Shown here: positions 52,933 through 64,000 of the stretch, piece by piece
Position numbering within the stretch: the first letter of the stretch is position 1
How the letters are laid out: the number at the start of each line of letters is the position of its first letter
NCBI RefSeq assembly: GCF_029227855.1
Contig: NZ_CP074356.1
Source of the DNA: Escherichia coli
GTDB lineage: Bacteria; Pseudomonadota; Gammaproteobacteria; Enterobacterales; Enterobacteriaceae
Length of the DNA stretch: 64,000 nucleotides
Reading direction: 5' to 3' (one strand)
Notes under the pieces: model-generated
Told to the model about the DNA's origin: nothing
What the model saw: the letters and a program-made list of their open reading frames with translations, nothing else
Database searches by the model: none
Made by a program: the position numbers and the translations under genes

Positions 52933-54588
52933 ATGACTAATCTTCCCCACTGGTGGCAAAACGGCGTTATCTACCAGATTTATCCAAAGAGTTTTCAGGA
53001 CACCACGGGTAGCGGCACCGGCGATTTACGTGGCGTTATCCAACGCCTGGACTATCTGCATAAACTGGGCGTTGATGCCATCTGGCTAACCCCCTTTTAT
53101 ATCTCTCCCCAGGTCGATAACGGTTACGACGTAGCGAACTATACGGCGATTGATCCCATCTACGGCACGCTGGACGATTTTGACGAACTGGTGACGCAGG
53201 CAAAATCGCGCGGGATTCGTATCATTCTCGATATGGTGTTTAACCATACCTCTACCCAACATGCCTGGTTTCGCGAGGCGCTGAACAAAGAAAGCCCTTA
53301 CCGCCAGTTTTATATCTGGCGCGATGGCGAACCAGAAACGCCACCGAACAACTGGCGTTCAAAATTTGGCGGTAGTGCGTGGCGCTGGCATGCGGAAAGC
53401 GAACAGTACTATTTGCATCTCTTTGCACCAGAACAGGCGGATCTCAACTGGGAGAATCCAGCGGTACGCGCAGAGCTGAAAAAAGTCTGTGAATTCTGGG
53501 CCGATCGTGGGGTCGACGGGTTGCGCCTGGATGTGGTGAATCTGATCTCCAAAGACCCGCGTTTCCCTGAAGACCTGGATGGCGACGGGCGTCGCTTTTA
53601 CACCGACGGGCCACGAGCACACGAGTTTTTGCACGAGATGAACCGCGATGTGTTTACGCCACGCGGGTTAATGACCGTAGGTGAAATGTCCTCCACCAGC
53701 CTTGAGCATTGCCAGCGATACGCGGCACTGACAGGCAGTGAATTGTCGATGACCTTTAATTTTCATCACCTGAAGGTCGATTATCCCGGTGGTGAAAAAT
53801 GGACGCTGGCTAAACCTGACTTTGTGGCGTTGAAAACATTGTTCCGCCACTGGCAACAAGGAATGCACAACGTGGCATGGAATGCCTTGTTCTGGTGTAA
53901 CCACGATCAGCCGCGCATTATTTCTCGCTTTGGTGATGAAGGTGAATACCGCGTGCCTGCGGCAAAAATGCTGGCGATGGTGCTGCATGGCATGCAGGGA
54001 ACGCCGTATATCTACCAGGGCGAAGAGATTGGCATGACCAACCCGCATTTCACGCGCATTACTGACTATCGCGACGTGGAGAGCCTCAATATGTTTGCCG
54101 AGCTGCGCAACGATGGTCGTGATGCCGACGAGTTATTGGCAATCCTCGCCAGTAAATCCCGTGACAACAGCCGCACGCCCATGCAATGGAGCAACGGCGA
54201 TAATGCCGGGTTTACGGCTGGCGAACCGTGGATTGGCCTGGGCGATAACTATCAACAAATCAACGTAGAAGCCGCGCTGGCCGATGAGTCCTCGGTGTTT
54301 TACACCTACCAAAAGTTAATCGCACTGCGTAAGCAAGAAGCCATCCTGACATGGGGCAATTACCAGGATCTGCTGCCAAACAGCCCTGTATTGTGGTGCT
54401 ATCGCCGTGAATGGAAGGGGCAAACCTTGCTGGTCATTGCCAACCTTAGCCGTGAGATCCAACCCTGGCAGCCAGGGCAAATGCGCGGCAACTGGCAGCT
54501 TGTGATGCATAACTACGAAGAAGCCTCACCACAACCCTGTGCCATGAATTTACGGCCTTTTGAGGCTGTCTGGTGGTTACAGAAGTAA
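52933..54588 (+). CDS. treC: Trehalose-6-phosphate hydrolase TreC (GH13)
   Basis: Start at MTNLPHWWQNGVIYQIYP... within ORF 52786-54588. Confidence 0.95.
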   Translation: MTNLPHWWQNGVIYQIYPKSFQDTTGSGTGDLRGVIQRLDYLHKLGVDAIWLTPFYISPQVDNGYDVANYTAIDPIYGTLDDFDELVTQAKSRGIRIILDMVFNHTSTQHAWFREALNKESPYRQFYIWRDGEPETPPNNWRSKFGGSAWRWHAESEQYYLHLFAPEQADLNWENPAVRAELKKVCEFWADRGVDGLRLDVVNLISKDPRFPEDLDGDGRRFYTDGPRAHEFLHEMNRDVFTPRGLMTVGEMSSTSLEHCQRYAALTGSELSMTFNFHHLKVDYPGGEKWTLAKPDFVALKTLFRHWQQGMHNVAWNALFWCNHDQPRIISRFGDEGEYRVPAAKMLAMVLHGMQGTPYIYQGEEIGMTNPHFTRITDYRDVESLNMFAELRNDGRDADELLAILASKSRDNSRTPMQWSNGDNAGFTAGEPWIGLGDNYQQINVEAALADESSVFYTYQKLIALRKQEAILTWGNYQDLLPNSPVLWCYRREWKGQTLLVIANLSREIQPWQPGQMRGNWQLVMHNYEEASPQPCAMNLRPFEAVWWLQK

Positions 54589-54600
54589 ATCTTCCCTAAG

Positions 54601-54634
54601 CCCCGGTAATGCCGGTCATTCCGGGGTTTTGTCT
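54601..54634 (+). terminator. Rho-independent terminator after treC (ccccggtaatgccggtcattccgggg + TTTTG)
   Basis: GC-rich hairpin followed by a T-run. Confidence 0.8.
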
Positions 54635-54689
54635 GTCAGCATGTTGTTTTTGTTGATTTTTCAACCAGCAAATTCATTAAAAAATTTAC

Positions 54690-54830
54690 ATAACGCTGTA
54701 GCGCCCGTCATCCGTACGCTCTGCTTTTTACTTTGAGCTACATCAAAAAAAGTTCAAACATCCTTGATGCAAAGCACTATATATAGACTTTAAAATGCGT
54801 CCCAACCCAATATGTTGTATTAATCGACTA
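54690..54830 (+). promoter_or_regulatory. nrdDG promoter region with putative NrdR boxes (gcactatatatagac; cccaatatgttgtat) and FNR-like half sites (ttgatgcaaagc)
   Basis: Motif resemblance only; positions approximate. Confidence 0.35.
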
Positions 54831-54981
54831 TAATTGCTACTACAGCTCCCCACGAAAAAGGTGCGGCGTTGTGGATAAGCGGATGGCGATTGCGGAAAGC
54901 ACCGGAAAACGAAACGAAAAAACCGGAAAACGCCTTTCCCAATTTCTGTGGATAACCTGTTCTTAAAAATATGGAGCGATC

Positions 54982-57120
54982 ATGACACCGCATGTGATGA
55001 AACGAGACGGCTGCAAAGTGCCGTTTAAATCAGAGCGCATCAAAGAAGCGATTCTGCGTGCAGCTAAAGCAGCGGAAGTCGATGATGCCGATTATTGCGC
55101 CACTGTTGCCGCGGTTGTCAGCGAGCAGATGCAGGGCCGCAACCAGGTGGATATCAACGAGATCCAGACCGCAGTTGAAAACCAGCTGATGTCGGGTCCA
55201 TACAAACAACTGGCTCGCGCTTACATCGAGTACCGTCACGATCGCGACATTGAACGTGAAAAACGCGGTCGCCTGAACCAGGAGATCCGTGGTCTGGTCG
55301 AGCAGACCAACGCCTCGTTACTCAACGAAAACGCCAACAAAGACAGCAAGGTGATTCCAACCCAGCGCGACCTGCTGGCCGGGATCGTGGCTAAACACTA
55401 TGCACGTCAGCACCTGCTGCCGCGTGACGTGGTGCAGGCACATGAGCGTGGCGATATTCACTATCACGATCTCGATTACTCGCCGTTCTTCCCGATGTTC
55501 AACTGCATGTTGATCGACCTGAAAGGCATGCTGACCCAGGGCTTTAAAATGGGGAACGCCGAGATTGAACCGCCGAAGTCGATCTCTACGGCAACCGCGG
55601 TAACTGCGCAGATTATTGCTCAGGTCGCCAGCCATATTTATGGCGGCACCACCATTAACCGTATCGATGAAGTGCTGGCGCCGTTTGTTACCGCCAGCTA
55701 CAACAAACATCGCAAGACCGCAGAAGAGTGGAACATCCCGGACGCCGAAGGCTACGCTAACTCTCGTACCATCAAAGAGTGCTACGATGCCTTCCAGTCG
55801 CTGGAGTACGAAGTAAACACCCTGCACACCGCCAACGGTCAGACGCCGTTTGTAACCTTTGGTTTTGGTCTGGGCACCAGCTGGGAATCGCGCCTGATTC
55901 AGGAATCGATCCTGCGTAACCGTATCGCAGGCCTCGGTAAAAACCGTAAAACTGCGGTGTTCCCGAAACTGGTGTTTGCGATTCGCGATGGCCTGAACCA
56001 TAAAAAAGGCGATCCGAACTACGACATCAAACAGCTGGCGCTGGAGTGCGCAAGCAAGCGCATGTATCCGGATATCCTGAACTACGATCAGGTAGTGAAA
56101 GTCACCGGTTCGTTTAAAACCCCGATGGGCTGCCGCAGCTTCCTCGGCGTGTGGGAAAATGAAAACGGCGAGCAGATCCACGATGGTCGTAACAACCTCG
56201 GCGTGATCAGCCTGAACCTGCCGCGTATTGCTCTGGAAGCAAAAGGCGATGAAGCCACCTTCTGGAAGCTGCTGGATGAACGTCTGGTGCTGGCACGTAA
56301 GGCACTGATGACCCGTATCGCTCGTCTCGAAGGCGTGAAAGCGCGCGTCGCCCCGATCCTCTATATGGAAGGTGCTTGTGGCGTACGTCTGAATGCTGAC
56401 GATGATGTTTCTGAAATCTTCAAAAACGGTCGTGCGTCTATTTCGCTGGGTTACATCGGCATCCACGAAACCATTAACGCGCTATTCGGCGGCGAGCATG
56501 TTTACGACAACGAGCAGCTTCGCGCGAAAGGTATCGCCATTGTTGAACGTCTGCGCCAGGCAGTGGATCAGTGGAAAGAAGAAACGGGTTATGGTTTCAG
56601 TCTCTACAGCACGCCGAGTGAAAACCTGTGCGACCGCTTCTGCCGTCTCGATACTGCTGAGTTTGGCGTGGTGCCGGGCGTGACCGATAAAGGTTACTAC
56701 ACCAACAGTTTCCACCTCGATGTGGAGAAGAAGGTGAACCCGTACGACAAGATCGACTTTGAAGCGCCTTACCCGCCGCTGGCGAACGGTGGTTTCATTT
56801 GCTACGGCGAGTATCCAAACATTCAGCACAACCTGAAGGCGCTGGAAGATGTCTGGGATTACAGCTATCAGCATGTACCGTATTACGGCACCAATACACC
56901 GATTGATGAGTGCTACGAGTGTGGCTTTACCGGTGAGTTCGAGTGCACCAGCAAAGGCTTCACTTGCCCGAAATGTGGTAACCATGACGCCTCCCGTGTG
57001 TCGGTGACTCGCCGCGTGTGCGGATATTTAGGTAGCCCGGATGCACGTCCGTTTAACGCTGGTAAGCAGGAAGAAGTTAAGCGCCGCGTTAAACATTTGG
57101 GGAATGGGCAGATAGGTTAA
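54982..57120 (+). CDS. nrdD: Anaerobic ribonucleoside-triphosphate reductase NrdD
   Basis: 712 aa; N-terminal ATP-cone, C-terminal glycyl radical region and Zn-ribbon cysteines (CYECGF...CPKCG). Confidence 0.97.
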   Translation: MTPHVMKRDGCKVPFKSERIKEAILRAAKAAEVDDADYCATVAAVVSEQMQGRNQVDINEIQTAVENQLMSGPYKQLARAYIEYRHDRDIEREKRGRLNQEIRGLVEQTNASLLNENANKDSKVIPTQRDLLAGIVAKHYARQHLLPRDVVQAHERGDIHYHDLDYSPFFPMFNCMLIDLKGMLTQGFKMGNAEIEPPKSISTATAVTAQIIAQVASHIYGGTTINRIDEVLAPFVTASYNKHRKTAEEWNIPDAEGYANSRTIKECYDAFQSLEYEVNTLHTANGQTPFVTFGFGLGTSWESRLIQESILRNRIAGLGKNRKTAVFPKLVFAIRDGLNHKKGDPNYDIKQLALECASKRMYPDILNYDQVVKVTGSFKTPMGCRSFLGVWENENGEQIHDGRNNLGVISLNLPRIALEAKGDEATFWKLLDERLVLARKALMTRIARLEGVKARVAPILYMEGACGVRLNADDDVSEIFKNGRASISLGYIGIHETINALFGGEHVYDNEQLRAKGIAIVERLRQAVDQWKEETGYGFSLYSTPSENLCDRFCRLDTAEFGVVPGVTDKGYYTNSFHLDVEKKVNPYDKIDFEAPYPPLANGGFICYGEYPNIQHNLKALEDVWDYSYQHVPYYGTNTPIDECYECGFTGEFECTSKGFTCPKCGNHDASRVSVTRRVCGYLGSPDARPFNAGKQEEVKRRVKHLGNGQIG

Positions 57121-57142
57121 TCTTCACTCTGCGCTAAGCAAA

Positions 57143-57270
<128 letters not shown>

Positions 57271-57277
57271 CGAAATA

Positions 57278-57742
57278 ATGAATTATCATCAGTACTATCC
57301 TGTCGACATCGTCAACGGCCCCGGCACTCGCTGCACCCTGTTTGTCTCCGGGTGTGTTCATGAATGCCCCGGTTGCTATAACAAAAGCACATGGCGGGTA
57401 AATTCTGGTCAGCCATTAACCAAAGCAATGGAAGACCAGATCATTAACGATCTGAATGACACTCGTATCAAACGCCAGGGTATTTCCCTCTCCGGCGGCG
57501 ATCCGCTGCATCCGCAAAACGTGCCGGATATTCTGAAACTGGTAAAACGCATCCGCGCCGAGTGTCCGGGTAAAGACATCTGGGTGTGGACAGGCTATAA
57601 ACTCGACGAACTCAACGCTGCGCAAATGCAGGTTGTTGATTTGATTAACGTACTGGTCGACGGCAAATTTGTGCAGGATTTAAAAGACCCTTCCCTGATC
57701 TGGCGCGGCAGCAGCAATCAGGTGGTGCATCATTTGCGATGA
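57278..57742 (+). CDS. nrdG: Anaerobic ribonucleotide reductase activating protein NrdG (radical SAM)
   Basis: 154 aa with CxxxCxxC-type cluster (CVHECPGC). Confidence 0.95.
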   Translation: MNYHQYYPVDIVNGPGTRCTLFVSGCVHECPGCYNKSTWRVNSGQPLTKAMEDQIINDLNDTRIKRQGISLSGGDPLHPQNVPDILKLVKRIRAECPGKDIWVWTGYKLDELNAAQMQVVDLINVLVDGKFVQDLKDPSLIWRGSSNQVVHHLR

Positions 57743-57746
57743 TAAG

Positions 57747-57778
57747 TTCCCTGTTACCTGAGTGCAGGCAACAGGGAA
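57747..57778. terminator. Bidirectional stem-loop (ttccctgttacc...ggcaacagggaa) between nrdG and cybC
   Basis: Long inverted repeat between convergent genes. Confidence 0.6.
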
Positions 57779-57786
57779 ATGAGGAA

Positions 57787-58176
<390 letters not shown>

Positions 58177-58355
58177 TCACTTCCTTTTTTATTTACACTT
58201 CATCCTTCACACTGCCTCATCGACGGCTACGCTCATTCGCCCGGGTCACGTACTGCGAGTACGCTCCCCGGCCCTCATTCACTTTCCGTCTCGATGCAGT
58301 GCGAATGATTTTGTGTAATTTTTTAGTTTATAGCGCGGCAGGTCGCGCCAGTTTT

Positions 58356-59708
58356 TTACTGCCCGGCGATTTTCATCTCCGGCAACAGCACAGAACCACA
58401 CTGTATATTACTGCGTGTTTCAATATCGTTACCGACGGTGACAATATTGCGCCACATATCTTTTAAATTACCTGCGATGGTGATTTCACTAACCGGATAC
58501 TGAATTTCGCCATTCTCTACCCAGAAGCCCGCAGCACCACGGGAATAATCACCAGTAATGGCACTCACGCCCTGGCCCATCAGCTCCGTCACCACCAGCC
58601 CGGTGCCCATCTCTTTGAGCATTTGTTCGAAGCTTAGCCCTTGTCCGGCAATCCGCCAGTTGTGAATACCGCCCGCATGTCCGGTGCTTTTCAGCCCCAG
58701 TTTCCGCGCCGAGTAGCTGGTCAGCAGCCACTGAGTCAGGATGCCATCTTTAATAATATCGCGACGCTCGGTGCGCACACCTTCGCTGTCGAATGGCGTC
58801 GACGCCAGCCCTTTCAGCAGATGCGGATGCTCTTCAATGGTCAGCCAGTCCGGCAGAATTTGTTTACCCAGCGAATCCAGCAGAAAGGTAGATTTACGGT
58901 AAACCGAGCCACCCGCTATCGCCCCCACCAGATGGCCAAAAAGCCCGGTTGCCACTTCATTGGCAAAAATGACTGGCGCTTTCATGGTGGAGAGTTTACG
59001 CGGTGACAGGCGCGATAAAGTACGGCGAGCACAGTCGGCCCCAACCCACTCTGGCGTTTGCAGATCGCTCATCGCACGACCAATGGTGTAGGCGTAATCA
59101 CGCTCCATATCGCCATTTTCTTCGGCAATTACACAGCTGGAGAGTGAATGACGCGTAGAGCAGTAACCCTGCAACATGCCGTGGCTGTTGCCAAAAACTT
59201 TGACACCGTAGTGGCTGTTAAAACTGCCGCCTTCGGTATTGGTAATGCGTTTGTCCGCCTGCAATGCCGCCTGTTCTGCGCGGGCCGCCAGTTCAATGGC
59301 ATCATCCGGGGAAACTTCAGCAGGGTGGAACAAGTCGAGATCTGGTGCGTCAAAGGCCAGCAGCTCTTTGTCTGCCAGGCCGGCACAGGGATCTGGCGAG
59401 GTATAACGGGCAATATCCAGCGCCGCCTGTACAGTACGGGCAATGGCCTGCGGGCTTAAATCGGTGGATGATGCGCTACCTTTGCGGTTCTGGTGATAAA
59501 CAGTGATCCCCAGCGCGCCATCGCTATTGAATTCAACATTCTCCACTTCACCATAACGCGTGCTTACGCTAATGCCGGTGGTCTTGCTGACGGCAACTTC
59601 CGCACCGTCCGATTTGCCTGAGGCCAACTCCAGCGCAGTGGAAACTGCTTCTTCCAGAATCTTGCGCTGCGCTTCAACTTGAGAGATTACTTTCATTGCA
59701 AGTGCCAT
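58356..59708 (-). CDS. pmbA: Metalloprotease PmbA (TldE)
   Basis: 450 aa; PmbA/TldD family. Confidence 0.93.
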   Translation of the reverse strand: MALAMKVISQVEAQRKILEEAVSTALELASGKSDGAEVAVSKTTGISVSTRYGEVENVEFNSDGALGITVYHQNRKGSASSTDLSPQAIARTVQAALDIARYTSPDPCAGLADKELLAFDAPDLDLFHPAEVSPDDAIELAARAEQAALQADKRITNTEGGSFNSHYGVKVFGNSHGMLQGYCSTRHSLSSCVIAEENGDMERDYAYTIGRAMSDLQTPEWVGADCARRTLSRLSPRKLSTMKAPVIFANEVATGLFGHLVGAIAGGSVYRKSTFLLDSLGKQILPDWLTIEEHPHLLKGLASTPFDSEGVRTERRDIIKDGILTQWLLTSYSARKLGLKSTGHAGGIHNWRIAGQGLSFEQMLKEMGTGLVVTELMGQGVSAITGDYSRGAAGFWVENGEIQYPVSEITIAGNLKDMWRNIVTVGNDIETRSNIQCGSVLLPEMKIAGQ

Positions 59709-59801
59709 AATGTAGAGAGTTTCTCTGAAGTCTAACAGAGAACCGTTTTTCAGTGCGCATCTTAACTGGTAACATTAGCCTCTTTTTTTAAGGAGCCTGA
59801 G

Positions 59802-60353
59802 ATGACTAAGCAGCCCGAAGACTGGCTCGACGACGTTCCCGGTGATGACATCGAAGACGAAGACGATGAAATTATCTGGGTCAGTAAAAGTGAAATTAAA
59901 CGTGATGCCGAGGAGCTAAAACGCCTTGGCGCGGAAATTGTTGATCTGGGGAAAAACGCGCTGGATAAGATCCCGTTAGATGCGGATCTGCGCGCGGCTA
60001 TTGAGCTCGCCCAGCGTATTAAGATGGAAGGTCGCCGCCGCCAGTTGCAGCTCATCGGTAAGATGCTGCGCCAGCGCGACGTAGAGCCTATTCGTCAGGC
60101 GCTGGATAAGCTGAAAAACCGTCACAACCAGCAGGTGGTGCTGTTCCATAAACTGGAAAACCTGCGCGATCGTCTGATCGATCAAGGTGATGACGCCATC
60201 GCTGAAGTATTGAATCTGTGGCCCGATGCCGATCGTCAGCAGCTGCGTACTCTGATCCGTAACGCGAAGAAAGAGAAAGAAGGGAATAAGCCGCCGAAAT
60301 CCGCACGCCAGATTTTCCAGTATCTGCGCGAACTGGCGGAGAATGAAGGGTAA
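59802..60353 (+). CDS. yjgA: Ribosome-associated protein YjgA (DUF615)
   Basis: 183 aa, acidic N-terminus; conserved position divergent from pmbA. Confidence 0.9.
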
Positions 60354-60380
60354 TTTTCGTTGTTGATGTGAGTATGGTTT

Positions 60381-60480
60381 GCCGGATGCGGTGCACCTGT
60401 AGGCCGGATAAGACGCATCAAGCGTCGCATCAGGCACTATGCTCAAATGCCGGATGCGGCGTAAACGCCTTATCCGGCAA
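60381..60480. repeat. REP elements between yjgA and mpl
   Basis: gccggatgcggtgcacctgtaggccggataagacgcatcaagcgtcgcatcaggc and gccggatgcggcgtaaacgccttatccggc. Confidence 0.8.
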
Positions 60481-60503
60481 TGCTATCTCAGGCTGAGGCC
60501 GAA

Positions 60504-61877
60504 TTACTGCGCAGCTTCCGCCTTCTTCGCCAGACCATCCAGCAGTTTCTGATGGATCCCACCAAAACCGCCGTTGCTCATGACCAGAATATGGTCGCCA
60601 GGCTGAGCGGTTTTCACCACCATATCTGCCAGCGTATCCACATCGCCACTCCAGTGTGCAGGCTGAACGCAGGCTTCTGCCACTTCTGCCACCTGCCACG
60701 GAATATGCGCCGGTTGCAGCAGGAAGACTTCATCGGCACGACCTAATGAAGGTGCCAGATCGTCTTTGCAGATCCCCATTTTCATGGTATTCGAGCGCGG
60801 CTCCAGCACAGCAATAATGCGCGCCGTACCACCAACTTTGCCACGCAGCGCCGCAAGCGTTGCCAGAATTGCCGTCGGGTGATGGGCAAAATCGTCATAT
60901 ACCGTCACGCCATTCGCTTCACCACGCAACTCCAGACGGCGACGAGCGTTAATAAACGAACCCAGCGCGTTAGCGGCATCTGCAGGCGCTACACCAACAT
61001 GGCGAGCCGCCGCAATCGCCATCAGGCCATTGTGCATATTATGTTCGCCCACCAGCGACCATTTCACTTCGCCCACTTTTTCGCCATCCAGCAAGACTTC
61101 CCATTCAGAAGCGTCAGTGGTCAGCTTTTTCGCCTGCCAGTGACCCTGCTCACCCACCAGCTCCTGCTCGCTCCAGCAGCCCATCGCCATGGTCTGTTTC
61201 AGGTTGATGTCATTTTCCGGCCAGATAATACGGCCCTGCCCCGGAACGATACGCACCAGATGGTGGAACTGTTTCTGGATCGCTTTCAGGTCGTCAAAGA
61301 TATCGGCGTGATCGAACTCAAGGTTGTTGAGGATCAGCGTACGCGGGCAGTAATGGACAAATTTAGAGCGTTTGTCGAAGAAGGCGCAGTCATACTCATC
61401 CGCTTCGATAACAAAGAAGTCGCTTTCGCCCAGACGCGCCGAAACCTCAAAGTTCCCCGGCACACCGCCGATCACAAATCCCGGTTTGTAACCGCACTGT
61501 TCCAGAATCCAGGTCGCCATTCCCGCGGTGGTAGTTTTGCCGTGTGTACCGGCAACGGCCAGCACCCAGCGGTCGCGCAGCACAAAATCGTGCAGCCACT
61601 GTGGACCTGACATATAAGGGATGTTTTTTTCCAGTACCGCTTCCACACACGGATTTCCACGGGTCATGGCGTTGCCAATAATCACCAGATCCGGCTGCGG
61701 ATCGAGCTGGCTGGCATCGTAACCCTGAATCAGCTCAATGCCTTGCTTCTCAAGTAAGGTGCTCATCGGCGGATACACATTGGCGTCCGAACCCGTTACT
61801 TCATGGCCTAACTGGCGCGCCAGCATCGCCAGACCGCCCATAAATGTGCCACAAATTCCTAAAATATGAATGCGCAT
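60504..61877 (-). CDS. mpl: UDP-N-acetylmuramate:L-alanyl-gamma-D-glutamyl-meso-diaminopimelate ligase Mpl
   Basis: 457 aa; Mur ligase family (GTHGKTTT). Confidence 0.95.
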
Positions 61878-62052
61878 ACGTCACTATCCTTTTTTAATCT
61901 GCCGCTCATTTTACGCATATGTCGGGCAAGTGAGAAACGCATTTCAGGATAATCCGCAATTTGCTGGCGCGATTCACCTGAGCGCAACATTGAGATTATT
62001 TGTTAAGATTGTTGCGGTCGCTTTACTCCATAAACATTGCAGGGAAAGTTTT

Positions 62053-63051
62053 ATGAAAACGTTAGGTGAATTTATTGTCGAAAAGCAGCACGAGTTTTCT
62101 CATGCTACCGGTGAGCTCACTGCTTTGCTGTCGGCAATAAAACTGGGCGCCAAGATTATCCATCGCGATATCAACAAAGCAGGACTGGTTGATATCCTGG
62201 GTGCCAGCGGTGCTGAGAACGTGCAGGGCGAGGTTCAGCAGAAACTCGACTTGTTCGCTAATGAAAAACTGAAAGCCGCACTGAAAGCACGCGATATCGT
62301 TGCGGGCATTGCCTCTGAAGAAGAAGATGAGATTGTCGTCTTTGAAGGCTGTGAACACGCAAAATACGTGGTGCTGATGGACCCCCTGGATGGCTCGTCC
62401 AACATCGATGTTAACGTCTCTGTCGGTACCATTTTCTCCATCTACCGCCGCGTTACGCCTGTTGGCACGCCGGTAACGGAAGAAGATTTCCTCCAGCCTG
62501 GTAACAAACAGGTTGCGGCAGGTTACGTGGTATACGGCTCCTCTACCATGCTGGTTTACACCACCGGATGCGGTGTTCACGCCTTTACTTACGATCCTTC
62601 GCTGGGCGTTTTCTGCCTGTGCCAGGAACGGATGCGCTTCCCGGAGAAAGGCAAAACCTACTCCATCAACGAAGGAAACTACATTAAGTTTCCGAACGGG
62701 GTGAAGAAGTACATTAAATTCTGCCAGGAAGAAGATAAATCCACCAACCGCCCGTATACCTCACGTTATATCGGTTCACTGGTCGCGGATTTCCACCGTA
62801 ACCTGCTGAAAGGCGGTATTTATCTCTACCCAAGCACCGCCAGCCACCCGGACGGCAAACTGCGTTTGCTGTATGAGTGCAACCCGATGGCATTCCTGGC
62901 GGAACAAGCGGGCGGTAAAGCGAGCGATGGCAAAGAGCGTATTCTGGATATCATCCCGGAAACTCTGCACCAGCGCCGTTCGTTCTTTGTCGGCAACGAC
63001 CATATGGTTGAAGATGTCGAACGCTTTATCCGTGAATTCCCGGACGCGTAA
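62053..63051 (+). CDS. fbp: Fructose-1,6-bisphosphatase class 1 Fbp
   Basis: Start at [15 protein letters not shown]... within ORF 61870-63051. Confidence 0.96.
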
Positions 63052-63058
63052 TCTCCTG

Positions 63059-63086
63059 CGCCTCTCCACACGGAGAGGCGTTTTTA
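63059..63086 (+). terminator. Rho-independent terminator after fbp (cgcctctccacacggagaggcg + TTTTTA)
   Basis: Perfect hairpin plus T-run. Confidence 0.8.
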
Positions 63087-64000
63087 TCGCTGCGCAATAT
63101 TGACTCTTGTCACTGGCGAACTCTGACGATTCTCCCACAGCACCGTTAATCCACGCTGTAAGGCAATAAAAATGAACAGCAAAATGCCGATGGCGATTTT
63201 CGTCCACCAGGAACTCAGCGTACCGTCAAAGTTGATATAAGTCTGAATTAGCCCCTGAATCGCCACGCCAAAAAGCGTCCCTAATACCGTTCCAACGCCA
63301 CCGCTCAAAAGCGTACCGCCAATTACCACTGAGGCGATAGCATCCAGTTCCACACCTACGCCCGCCAGCGCATATCCGGCCTGCGTATAAATCGAGAAGA
63401 CAATCCCCGCCAGCGTTGCCAGTCCGGTGGAGAGCATATAAATGCGAATAGTGGTGCTGCGGGTAGAAATCCCCATCAGGTTTGCCGACGTTGCGTTGCC
63501 GCCAATGGCGTATACCTGATTACCAAAACGGGTACGATGCGCGAGGAATATGCCGATAACCACCACCGCCAGCATCAGCAGTCCCATCGCACTTAAGCGA
63601 CCGCCGCCAGGGATTTTCCACGCAAGGCTTGAGAGCGTGTCATAAATGGGATGGTTTATCGGGATCGACTCTTCTGAAACGAGATAGCTGACGCCGCGCA
63701 AAAAGAACATTCCTGCCAGGGTAATGATAAATGCCGGGATCTTCAGGGCGTCGATCAAAAGCCCCATAAATGCGCCAAAGGCACAGCCCATCACCAGCAC
63801 TAGCGGAAACGCCAGCAGCGGCGAGAGGCCGAAATCGCCAATCACTTTTGCCAGAAACACGCCAGTAAAGGCGATCACCGAACCGACGGAGAGATCGATA
63901 CCGCCAGAGAGGATCACAAAGGTCATGCCAACGGCGATTATCCCAAGAAAGGCGTTATCGGTCAGGATATTGCAGATCACTCTTGTGGAAGCAAAACCGG
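63084..64000 (-). CDS. yjfF: ABC transporter permease YjfF (galactofuranose-type sugar permease), 5' end beyond the window edge
   Basis: Ribose-type permease membrane protein convergent with fbp; the frame remains open to the window end. Confidence 0.8.
   Translation of the reverse strand, partial: GFASTRVICNILTDNAFLGIIAVGMTFVILSGGIDLSVGSVIAFTGVFLAKVIGDFGLSPLLAFPLVLVMGCAFGAFMGLLIDALKIPAFIITLAGMFFLRGVSYLVSEESIPINHPIYDTLSSLAWKIPGGGRLSAMGLLMLAVVVIGIFLAHRTRFGNQVYAIGGNATSANLMGISTRSTTIRIYMLSTGLATLAGIVFSIYTQAGYALAGVGVELDAIASVVIGGTLLSGGVGTVLGTLFGVAIQGLIQTYINFDGTLSSWWTKIAIGILLFIFIALQRGLTVLWENRQSSPVTRVNIAQR

Noticed and set aside
55318-56466. 382-aa ORF on the minus strand
   Set aside because: Antisense to nrdD; shadow ORF.
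60879-61610. 243-aa ORF on the plus strand
   Set aside because: Antisense to mpl; shadow ORF.
61870-62052. N-terminal extension of fbp
   Set aside because: Extension runs through the divergent mpl-fbp promoter region; Fbp begins at MKTLGEFIV (62053).

Overview
Enterobacterial (Escherichia coli / Shigella-type) chromosome, with gene order reverse-complemented relative to E. coli K-12. Positions 1-26314 are an IS-saturated genomic island anchored at tRNA-Leu (leuX, 26230-26314, minus strand) by a degraded P4-type integrase. From the tRNA inward the island holds: IS629 split by a group II intron that carries its own reverse transcriptase/maturase; an IS21 istB fragment; a TetR-family gene remnant; an intact IS3 with a 3-bp target duplication; a DUF2254 membrane protein plus a BetT-like BCCT transporter; an IS600-like element whose orfA and orfB are fused into one frame; the AT-rich virulence-plasmid-type cluster shf-capU-virK-msbB2; a multiply mutated IS911-like copy; the complete ferric citrate system fecIRABCDE with its Fur box; and an IS3-family relic at the window edge. 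Positions 26315-64000 are conserved core genome: ahr, yjgR, lptG, lptF, pepA, holC, valS, yjgN, yjgM, rraB, argI, a yjgL-position AT-rich orphan gene, tabA, bdcR, bdcA, yjgH, pyrL-pyrB-pyrI, ridA, mgtL-mgtA, treR-treB-treC, nrdD-nrdG, cybC, pmbA, yjgA, mpl, fbp and partial yjfF, punctuated by REP/BIME repeats and rho-independent terminators. I found no CRISPR array, no rRNA and no clear-cut new multi-gene system. The best candidates for undescribed biology are the IS-bracketed BetT-like/DUF2254 module with its disrupted TetR gene, the AT-rich 469-aa orphan between argI and tabA, and the chromosomal shf-capU-virK-msbB2 cluster. All identifications come from reading the sequence and the supplied translations against remembered protein families; no database search was run.
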